22,264 nt of DNA. Origin: a bacterium. Lineage in GTDB: Bacteria > Hinthialibacterota > Hinthialibacteria > Hinthialibacterales > Hinthialibacteraceae. The position numbers and the translations under genes are program-made. Positions within the stretch are counted from its first letter, which is position 1. Each line of letters begins with the position of its first letter. The notes beneath the pieces are model-generated. The model searched no databases and was not told the DNA's origin. It worked only from the letters and a program-made list of their open reading frames with translations. The stretch covers positions 1-22,264 of the forward strand of contig CAXXSM010000043.1 of assembly GCA_963663405.2 (NCBI GenBank). Reading direction: 5' to 3'. Positions 1-7,653 of the stretch are shown here, one piece after another.

Positions 1-1292
1 GGCGGTTGGACCGCCTGTGGATTTTCGTCGTTGATGAATACGATTAATACGCCGCCATTGCGCGCCCATTCTTCAAGCCACTCATCAGGCGGTGTCTGGT
101 AGATGGCGGTAAGAATCGCCGCTTGGGCTCCGATCAGATCCGCCTGTGTCAATTGCTTTACAATTTTCGGTTGGATCACGGATAGATCCGCGCCGGGTGG
201 GGCGAGAGCGCGGGAGAGGTAGTGACTGGCCGGGCGGTCTGAATCGGCTTGGGGATCGGTGATGACTACATTGAGTGTCTTAGGGAGACGCGCTGTGAAA
301 TAGCGGCGGTTATCCAATTCGAGACCGTCGGCTGTGAGGGAAAGATAGCCGTGAAGGTTTTCTGCGTCATTGGTTGCGTTATTCATGATAGCGCTGGGGG
401 TAAATTCGAATTGGATTTCGGCGGCGGCGCCTGCGGGGATGTACAATCGTTGTTCGCTGATTTTTTTGTTTTGTACAAATAGCGAACAGCGTGGGGTAAG
501 TTCGGTTTCACCGTAATTTTTAACCTTCGCATGGATTCGCGCAGGGACATTTTTGAGTGTTTTCGTTAGAGAAAGATCGAGTGAATCGATGGCGGCGTTG
601 GGGGCGGGCGCTTGGGCGCAGTCGACGATTAGAAAGCGTAGGTTGGCCTCAACAATCTCCTGTGGATCGACGTGATCCCATCCACTCGCCTGCAGGTCTG
701 TGAAGAGAAACACCTCGCGGGCGCCTGCGCTGGAATTTTTTAACAGATGGGGGAGGAGCGAGAGAGAGGGGGCGATGTTGGTTTCTCCGGCGGAAATTTT
801 AAAATTGGAGAGGATTTGACGTGTCTCCATCCGGTCCGCCGTCCAGCCGGGTGTGAGGAGGCGGGCGGTCCGATCGCAAGCGATGACAGCGGTCCGGCTG
901 CCTGGTCCCAATGAATCTAGAATCGCCAACGCCGCACTGCGGGCGCGTTGATGAATGGGTTCGGCTCCGGAAAGGGCGCTCATGCTGTAAGACGTGTCCA
1001 TGATGAAGATGGCCTGGCGGCTGTCGGCTCCGAGAAGGGACGAGAACCATCCTCCCGCCGACATGGGGCGCGAGAAAGCGAAGACCAACGAGGTGAGCAG
1101 CAAGAGCCGCAGAAACAAGAGGATGAATTGACGCAGGTTCAACGCGCGGCCCACGCGCCGTTGCGAAGCGCTCAGAAAACGGAGAGAGGGGAAGAGAACC
1201 CGCTCCCGTTTCCGGCGGGCGATCATATGAATCACGATTGGAACGGAAAGTCCGATCAAACCGAGTAGAAACGAGGGATTTAAAAAGAACAT
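1..1292 (-). CDS. BatA (aerotolerance N-terminal double-TM) + vWA domain protein, partial (3' end runs off left edge)
   Basis: Absent from the ORF track because no stop lies in the window. Manual translation from ATG 1292 gives MFFLNPSFLLGLIGLSVPIVIHMIARRKRERVLFPSLRFL...LLFLRLLLLTSLVFAFSRP (BatA signature), then IFIMDTSYSM (vWA MIDAS DxSxS) and VFLFTDLQ. Confidence 0.9.
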   Translation of the reverse strand, partial: MFFLNPSFLLGLIGLSVPIVIHMIARRKRERVLFPSLRFLSASQRRVGRALNLRQFILLFLRLLLLTSLVFAFSRPMSAGGWFSSLLGADSRQAIFIMDTSYSMSALSGAEPIHQRARSAALAILDSLGPGSRTAVIACDRTARLLTPGWTADRMETRQILSNFKISAGETNIAPSLSLLPHLLKNSSAGAREVFLFTDLQASGWDHVDPQEIVEANLRFLIVDCAQAPAPNAAIDSLDLSLTKTLKNVPARIHAKVKNYGETELTPRCSLFVQNKKISEQRLYIPAGAAAEIQFEFTPSAIMNNATNDAENLHGYLSLTADGLELDNRRYFTARLPKTLNVVITDPQADSDRPASHYLSRALAPPGADLSVIQPKIVKQLTQADLIGAQAAILTAIYQTPPDEWLEEWARNGGVLIVFINDENPQAVQP

Positions 1293-1322
1293 AGAGAACG
1301 TCCCCGCATGACAAAACAGAAT

Positions 1323-1352
1323 ATTATATACTGTATATCATAGAGTTGTGAA
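1323..1352 (-). promoter_or_regulatory. Putative sigma70 promoter for the BatA gene
   Basis: Minus strand TTCACA-N18-TATAAT, ending about 30 nt upstream of ATG 1292. Confidence 0.35.
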
Positions 1353-1435
1353 TTTTGTCAGGTTAAAGTTTTGTGAGGGGGAGGGGGAAGATTTTGATTT
1401 TATATCCCATCTGTATCGAATCAATTGAAATAATG

Positions 1436-1444
1436 TGATAAAAT
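1436..1444 (+). promoter_or_regulatory. Putative extended -10 promoter for the Tat-exported propeller gene
   Basis: TGA-TAAAAT (TGn + -10) in the divergent intergenic region; RBS AGGAGA at 1490-1495. Confidence 0.3.
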
Positions 1445-1501
1445 TGAGTGGTTTTTTTGACCAATGTAAACGATTCGTGTTTTTTGTTCAGGAGAATGAT
1501 T

Positions 1502-2830
1502 ATGTCGTATGTTCATAGATTGCGCCGCAGAGAATTTATGACTACATCCGCTGGATTGTGCGCCATTGCGCTGACTCCAAATTGCTGGGCTGTGGAACGG
1601 AAGAAATCGAAGAAACGGAAATTCCGTTTTAAGCGATTCGAGCCGGAAAAGACATTGGGAAAAGTGTATTCCATCACGCCGGAGGATGGCAATTACGTTC
1701 ATACCTATTATGATATTTGCCCCTTCAGCGCCACGCAGCGTTATGTGGCCGCGACGCGGCTTCCCTTTCAAGATCGTGTGCCCGTTCTGGGGGATGCGGC
1801 GGATGTCTGTGTCATTGATTTGAGCGAAGAAACCATCGAGACGGTCTACACAACAAAAAGCTGGGGTTATCAAACCGGCGCGAACGCGCATTGGGGCGCG
1901 TCGGACCGGATGTTGTATACCAATGATGTGATCGATGGGCGGGCGGTTTGCGTGGGGATTGATCTGGAAACCGGCCAGACCAGGGCGTTTGCAGGACCGA
2001 TGTATGATATCGCTCCGGATGAATCCTGCGTGATCGGTTTTCCTTTGGAATTGATGGATGTAACGCAGCCGGGGTATGGCGTTCCCGCGAAAGATCCTAA
2101 AAATCCTAAAAAACTGCCCCCCGGCGCCGCCACGGATGAGGGAATCTGGCGGACGGATTTGAAAACCAATGAAAAGAAACTGTTAGTCAGTTTGGCGGAT
2201 ACCGCCTCCCTAGTTCCGGAACCGCCGCCGCAACCTGGGGGAACCTTCTATTACTGGCATTCGAAATTCAATAAACAAAGCACGCGTATTATGCAGGTTT
2301 TGCGATGTATGTTCCCCGATGGCTCGGGGGGGCGGAATGTCAATGTGTTTACATTTAACACGGATGGAAGCGAGATTCATCGTACCCAGAGTTTTCCAAT
2401 TTGGGGGCATGGTGGCGGTCATCCCAACTGGCATCCGGACGGCGAACATCTGTTGCGCAACTTAAAACCGGATGGAAAGCGGGATCGTCTTTGCAAAATC
2501 CCTTACGATGGTTCGGACTTCACAATTCTCAGCGAAACCATCGATGGGGGCGGACACCCGACGATTGAGCCACGCGAACGCTATATCGTCACGGACGCGT
2601 TCCCGTATGATGAAAGGCAACTTGTCAAGATTCGGTTAATTGATCTAGCCAACCAGTCAGAAGAACCTATTTGTGTTATACCCACGATTGACAGGCGCGC
2701 ATTGAAAGAAATGGTCATGCGCCTGGATGGCCACCCCGCCTGGAGCCGGGATTATAAGAAGGTTGTCTTTCAAGCGGCGCCTGAAGGGATACGCCAGCTG
2801 TTTCTAGCGGATTTGGAGGAAGTAATTTAG
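1502..2830 (+). CDS. Tat-exported beta-propeller protein, oligogalacturonate lyase (PL22)/TolB-like
   Basis: RBS AGGAGA 6 nt before ATG 1502. Twin-arginine signal RLRRREFM followed by a hydrophobic stretch. Propeller/His motifs YYDICPFS, WHSKFN, HPNWHPDG, HPTIEP, DGHPAWSRD. Confidence 0.75.
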   Translation: MSYVHRLRRREFMTTSAGLCAIALTPNCWAVERKKSKKRKFRFKRFEPEKTLGKVYSITPEDGNYVHTYYDICPFSATQRYVAATRLPFQDRVPVLGDAADVCVIDLSEETIETVYTTKSWGYQTGANAHWGASDRMLYTNDVIDGRAVCVGIDLETGQTRAFAGPMYDIAPDESCVIGFPLELMDVTQPGYGVPAKDPKNPKKLPPGAATDEGIWRTDLKTNEKKLLVSLADTASLVPEPPPQPGGTFYYWHSKFNKQSTRIMQVLRCMFPDGSGGRNVNVFTFNTDGSEIHRTQSFPIWGHGGGHPNWHPDGEHLLRNLKPDGKRDRLCKIPYDGSDFTILSETIDGGGHPTIEPRERYIVTDAFPYDERQLVKIRLIDLANQSEEPICVIPTIDRRALKEMVMRLDGHPAWSRDYKKVVFQAAPEGIRQLFLADLEEVI

Positions 2831-2879
2831 CGGCGAATTGTATAGCCCTGTATCACTATATTATTGGGTAATTGAGAAA

Positions 2880-4052
2880 ATGAAAACCAGTAAACATATC
2901 TTTATCGCGCTGCTCATTGTCATAACAAGTTATACGTTTGCGGAATCCCTTGAATTAACTGATAGGGATATTGGGTATACACGTCAGGTAATAATTGACA
3001 AAGAAAGTGGCTCCATTGTTTCAAATACCAAAATAAATCTGAAAGCTGGTTTTGGTGATTCCCATTCAACAATTAATGATAATGGTATGATATTTTCATA
3101 TGGTAACCTTATTAAAAAAATGAATGGTAGTTTCAGTTATTCGGTTTTATCGAATGTTTCAAATACAATTTATAACCCTCAATTTTTAACTGAAAATCAA
3201 ATATTAAGTTATTGGAAAACGGATAGTCAATACCAGAGGACATTATTTTTCTATGATATTGAACAAGAAAAGATCGTAAATACATTCTCATTTAATAGTT
3301 TACGACCTGAAAGTATAGGTATGCCAGCAATCAGCCGTGACGGTTCAACCGTAGCAATGTATATAAAACCTTATCTGAATTTGTTCGAATATAATGATGG
3401 AGGCTTTGAAAAAGTAGTTGAAATTGCACCTTATACTGCTTCTCCCGATCTTGTGATTGCGAAACATGGGGAAAGAGTGTTTTATTACATTTATAATATA
3501 GATCAAATTGCTTATGCAGAAAAGAAAGATGGAACTTGGTTAAAAAATGTAAATTTATTAACACCACGTTTATTCATCGATGGTTACGACATGCCTCTTC
3601 GATTGGTTGATATTGCAAATGATGGGAAAACCATACTCACAAAGACGACCAATTGGCCTTTGGAGAGACAGTATATCGCTCTCATCCACGAAGAAGATGG
3701 AAAGTGGGGGGAACCTGAATTGGTCGGCGATTATTACTTGCCTCCTACCGATGGGCCTGTATATGAAGCTTTTGTATATACTTCAGAAGATGCCCGAGTG
3801 ATCGCCGTTCGGCAGCCAATAGTCAGCTCCCACGTCTGGCCCGGGGAAATAGTCGTGGTTTCTTATGATATCTTTGTGTTTATCAAGGATAATAAGGGAC
3901 GCTGGGATAAGTTTCAGGTCAATCCATCAGACGTCCCCGCCGACCTGGGGAGTGACGTTCTTCTCTCCCCCAACGGCGAAACATTGTATTGGGTTCCCTC
4001 CATCCCCGATTCCCCCATGTCTGGAATCCTTAATGGGGATCTATACAAGTAA
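2880..4052 (+). CDS. Secreted putative beta-propeller protein, array copy 1 (390 aa)
   Basis: ATG 2880 begins a Sec-type signal MKTSKHIFIALLIVITSYTFA. Blade-like motifs AISRDGSTVA, IANDGKTILT, TSEDARVIAV, LSPNGETLYW. Homologous over the full length to copies 2 and 3. Confidence 0.8.
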   Translation: MKTSKHIFIALLIVITSYTFAESLELTDRDIGYTRQVIIDKESGSIVSNTKINLKAGFGDSHSTINDNGMIFSYGNLIKKMNGSFSYSVLSNVSNTIYNPQFLTENQILSYWKTDSQYQRTLFFYDIEQEKIVNTFSFNSLRPESIGMPAISRDGSTVAMYIKPYLNLFEYNDGGFEKVVEIAPYTASPDLVIAKHGERVFYYIYNIDQIAYAEKKDGTWLKNVNLLTPRLFIDGYDMPLRLVDIANDGKTILTKTTNWPLERQYIALIHEEDGKWGEPELVGDYYLPPTDGPVYEAFVYTSEDARVIAVRQPIVSSHVWPGEIVVVSYDIFVFIKDNKGRWDKFQVNPSDVPADLGSDVLLSPNGETLYWVPSIPDSPMSGILNGDLYK

Positions 4053-4080
4053 GGAGAAGAGTACAAGCGGAATTGTCATC

Positions 4081-5250
4081 ATGAACACTTATAAAATCAT
4101 ACTTATTGCGTTACTCGTCACTACAACAAACTTAGCATTTGGTCAATCTCTGGTGTTAACCGATAGGGATATTGGGTACACACGCCAGGTAATAATTGAC
4201 AAAGAAAGTGGCTCCATTGTTACAAATACCAAAATAAATCTGAAAGCTGGTTTTGGTGATTCTCATTCGACAATTAATGATAATGGTATGATATTTACTA
4301 CTAGAAACATTATTAACAATATAAATGCTAGTATAAGTTATACAGATTTGCCTGATGTTCCTAATACAGTTTATGATCCTCAATTTTTAACTAACAATCA
4401 ACTGCTAAGCTACTGGGAATCTGGGAGTGAATATCATAGAACGCTAGTTTTATATGATATTGAACAAGACAAGATTATGAATACGTTCTTGTTTAGCAGT
4501 TCACCACCGAATAAAACATATGGAAGAGCAATCAGCCGTGATGGTTCAACTGTTGCAGTGGTAATAGAGCCTTTTTTTACTATGTTTGAATATAAAGACG
4601 GCGACTTTGTGAAAGAAGCAGAAATTGGTCCTTTTGGTGTTGCCACAAATCTATTTATTACAAAATATGGAGAAAGAGTATTTTACTCTTATAGTGGAGA
4701 TCAAATTGCATATATTGAAAAGAAGGAAGGAAATTGGATAAATAATTTAAATCTAATTAAACCAAATCTAAATATCGATAGGTATGACATGCCTCTTCGA
4801 TTGGTAGATATTGCCAATGATGGGAAAACCATACTTACCAAGACGGATGTTTGGCCTTTGGAGAGACAATATATCGCTCTCATCCACGAAGAAGATGGAA
4901 AGTGGGGAGAACCTGAATTGGTCGGCGATTATTATCTGCCTCCTACCGATGAGGATGTTTTTGAGGCGGATGTTTATACTTCAGAAGATGCTCGAGTGAT
5001 CGCCGTTCGGCAGCCAATAGTCAGCTCCCACGTCTGGCCCGGGGAAATAGTCGTGGTTTCTTATGATATCTTTGTGTTTATCAAGGACAATAAGGGACGC
5101 TGGGATAAGTTTCAGGTCAATCCATCAGACCTCCACGCCGACCGGTGGAGTGACGTTCTCCTCTCCCCCAACGGCGAAACATTGTATTGGGTACCCGCCA
5201 CCGCCGATTCAACTATGTCAGGAATCCCCAATGGGGATCAATACGAGTGA
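4081..5250 (+). CDS. Secreted putative beta-propeller protein, array copy 2 (389 aa)
   Basis: True start is ATG 4081 (signal MNTYKIILIALLVTTTNLAFG), chosen by alignment with copy 1. The ORF-track extension to 3865 overlaps copy 1. Confidence 0.8.
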   Translation: MNTYKIILIALLVTTTNLAFGQSLVLTDRDIGYTRQVIIDKESGSIVTNTKINLKAGFGDSHSTINDNGMIFTTRNIINNINASISYTDLPDVPNTVYDPQFLTNNQLLSYWESGSEYHRTLVLYDIEQDKIMNTFLFSSSPPNKTYGRAISRDGSTVAVVIEPFFTMFEYKDGDFVKEAEIGPFGVATNLFITKYGERVFYSYSGDQIAYIEKKEGNWINNLNLIKPNLNIDRYDMPLRLVDIANDGKTILTKTDVWPLERQYIALIHEEDGKWGEPELVGDYYLPPTDEDVFEADVYTSEDARVIAVRQPIVSSHVWPGEIVVVSYDIFVFIKDNKGRWDKFQVNPSDLHADRWSDVLLSPNGETLYWVPATADSTMSGIPNGDQYE

Positions 5251-5921
5251 GGAGAAGAGTACGCGCGGAATTGTCATCATGAACACTTATAAATTTATTA
5301 TTGTATTCCTAGCCGCCACAACAAGCCTTGCATTTTCCCAATCCCTTGTGTTAACCGATAGGGATATTGGGTACACACGCCAGGTAATAATTGACAAAGA
5401 AAGTGCCTCCATTGTTTCAAATACCAAAACAAATCTAAAAGCAGGTTTTAGTTATTCCCATTCAACAATTAATAATAATGGTATGATATTTTCTGCTGGA
5501 AACCTGATTACTACCATAAATGCTAGTGTTAGTTATTCGGATTTATCGAATGTTCCAAATACTGCTTTTGAACCCCAATTTTTAACTAATAATCAACTAC
5601 TAAGCTACTGGGGATCTGCAAGTGAATATCACAAAACGTTAGTATTCTACGATATCGAACATGATAAGATTATAAATACATTCATATTTAGCAGTTCACC
5701 TCCGATAAGTATGGGTAAGCCCACAATCAGTCTTGATGGCTTAACCATAGCAATGAAAATAAAGCCTTATCTAACATTGTTTGAATACATTGACGGTGCC
5801 TTTATAAAAATATCAGAAATAGATCCTCTTGCTTCTGCCACAGATCTTTTTATTACCAAAAATGGGGAAAGAGTATTTTATTATAAAAGTGGATATAAAA
5901 TTGGGTAATGTCCCTTCATAG

Positions 5922-5950
5922 TTGACAATAAATTATAGTGAGTATAATAT
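5922..5950 (+). promoter_or_regulatory. Transposase promoter in/next to IRL
   Basis: TTGACA 5922-5927 followed by TATAAT 5943-5948 (15-nt spacer) or TAATAT 5945-5950 (17-nt spacer). RBS GGAGGT 5975-5980. Confidence 0.6.
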
Positions 5951-5985
5951 TACCTTCAAGAAGAAAACTTTCTTGGAGGTGAGTT

Positions 5986-7079
5986 ATGACAGCCTTGACG
6001 AATGTGTTTTGCCCAAACAAGGATTGTAAAGATTACGGATTGAGAAATCAAAATAACATCGGGACGCGTGGAATGTATGGGAAAGACAAAACAAGGACTC
6101 TTCTCTATTGTCGGACTTGCGGCCATCGCTTCGCGGAAACCAAGTGTACGGCTTTTTTTGGACTTCATCTCCCCGGTGAAACGATTCAACAGATTATTCA
6201 CCATGCGGCGGAAGGAGTCAGCGTTCGCGGAACCGCTCGATTACTGAATCTTGATAAAGACACAGTGAACCGAGTCATCCTTCGCGCCGGTGAACACTGT
6301 GCTTTGGTTTTATCCAATTTACTCCATTCCCTCCAGATGACCGAGGTCCAACTGGACGAACTCTGGACCTTTGTAAAAAAAAGAAAAGTGTTAGCGAAGA
6401 AGAATTGGAAAAGGAGTATGGGCGGACATGGATCTGGACGGCCATTGATAGCACAACCCGATTAATCATCACGTTTCTCATTGGAGATCGGACGCTGGAA
6501 GACGCACACAGTTTTTTAAAAGACTTGATTTCACGAATGAACGAGAAACCCTTATTTGTGTCGGATGAACTCCCCCATTACGAGAATGGACTCGAAGAGA
6601 TGTTTCACACGCTGATTCAGCCGGAACCGACGGGGCAGCGAGGCCGCCCCAAAAATCCGGAGAAAATTGTCCATGAAGATTTGGATTACGCAACCGTTCA
6701 TAAGACCCGAAAAAATGGGTGTATAGTGAACGTTGAAACCAAAGTGGTTTTTGGCTCGGAGAGCCGGATTGCCAATCGGTTGGAAAGTACACCAAGTAAC
6801 ACAGTAAATACATCTTTCGTTGAACGATCGAACTTGAATTGGCGATTATGGGACGCCCATTTGAGACGGCAATCGACGACATTCGCCAAATCCATACGCT
6901 GGTTAAAAGCCAAATTTTCATTGGTGGTCGCTTGTTACAATTTCATCCGGCCCCATGAGACTTTGAGTCGGCAGAGCGATCGATCATTTACTCCTAAAAC
7001 GCCAGCGATGGCTGCTGAATTGACCGATCATCCATGGTCACTCGCTGAATTGTTATGGTTCCCATCAATATGTCAATAA
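5986..7079 (+). CDS. insAB: IS1-family transposase InsAB, about 364 aa, made by -1 programmed frameshift (InsA ORF 5986-6465; InsB frame ends 7079)
   Basis: Zn finger CPNKDC...CRTC, HTH SVRGTARLLNLDKDTVNR, DDE triad QLDELW / FVSDELPHY / VERSN, C-terminal YNFIRPH...TPAMAA. Slippery A8G at 6375-6383; the second ORF is in the -1 frame. Confidence 0.9.
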
Positions 7080-7653
7080 TTTGGGGACATCACCTAAAAT
7101 TGCTTATATTGAAAAAAGGGAGGGTAGTTGGATAAATAATGTAAATATTTTATCACCTCTTTTGTTTATCGATGAGCAAGAGATGCCACTTACTTTGGTA
7201 GATATTGCCAATGATGGGAAAACCATACTTACCAAGACGACCTATTGGCCTTTGGAGAGACAATATATCGCTCTCATCCATGAAGATGATGGAAAGTGGG
7301 GGGAACCTGAATTGGTCGGTGATTATTACCTTCCTCCTACCGATGAGGCTGTTTTTGAGGCGGATGTTTATACTTCAGAAGATGCCCGAGTGATCGCCGT
7401 TCAGCAGCCAATAGTCAGCTCCCACGTCTGGCCCGGGGAAATAGTCGTGGTTTCATATGATATATTTGTGTTTATCAAGGATAATAAGGGACAATGGGAT
7501 AAGTTTCAAGTCAATCCATCAGACGTCCCCGCTGACCGGTCGAGTGACGTTCTTCTCTCCCCCAACGGCGAAACATTGTATTGGGTTCCCGCCACCGCCG
7601 ATTCAACTATGTCTGGAATCCTAAATGGGGATCTATACGAGTGAGGATTTTTC

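Larger units (their letters stand above)
5904..7094 (+). mobile_element. IS1-family insertion sequence (probably ISMhu11-like group), 1191 bp
   Basis: IRL GGTAATGTCCCTTCATAGTTGACA (5904-5927) and IRR (revcomp) GGTGATGTCCCCAAATTATTGACA (7071-7094) match at 18/24, with IS1-type GGTnATG ends. 8-bp TSD TAAAATTG at 5896-5903 and 7095-7102. Confidence 0.95.
2880..7644 (+). repeat. Tandem ~1.2-kb gene repeat, 3 units
   Basis: Start-to-start periods are 1201 and 1198 bp. The 28-bp spacers GGAGAAGAGTACAAGCGGAATTGTCATC (4053-4080) and GGAGAAGAGTACGCGCGGAATTGTCATC (5251-5278) are nearly identical. Shared near-identical 5' blocks (2955-3095/4156-4296/5351-5491) and 3' ~450-bp blocks. Confidence 0.95.
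5279..7644 (+). pseudogene. Array copy 3 (388 aa when reconstructed), interrupted by an IS1-family element
   Basis: 5279-5903 joins 7103-7644 in frame (...GGA TAT AAA ATT GCT TAT ATT GAA = GYKIAYIE) once the IS and one TSD copy are removed. No other stop or frameshift. Confidence 0.9.

Noticed and set aside
249-1314. ORFs 249..482, 799..1314 and 948..1268
   Set aside because: They are shadows of the BatA/vWA gene, which the ORF track missed.
3580-3801. Recurring small +1-frame ORFs (3580-3801, 4811-4999, 7205-7393)
   Set aside because: They recur only because the underlying DNA is duplicated, and synonymous changes favour the main frame.
3900-4052. Diversity-generating retroelement variable region at the 3' ends of array genes
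   Set aside because: Differences include synonymous C/T third-position changes rather than an adenine-specific pattern. No template repeat or reverse transcriptase lies in the window, and most variation is central, not C-terminal.
4053-4080. Integron attC sites between array genes
   Set aside because: The spacers are only 28 bp with no RYYYAAC/GTTRRRY boxes or long hairpin, and there is no integrase.
3865-4080. N-terminal extensions of ORFs 3865..5250 and 5063..5908 (MISLCLSR...)
   Set aside because: They are alternative-frame overlaps of the preceding copy. Signal peptides and alignment place the starts at 4081 and 5279.
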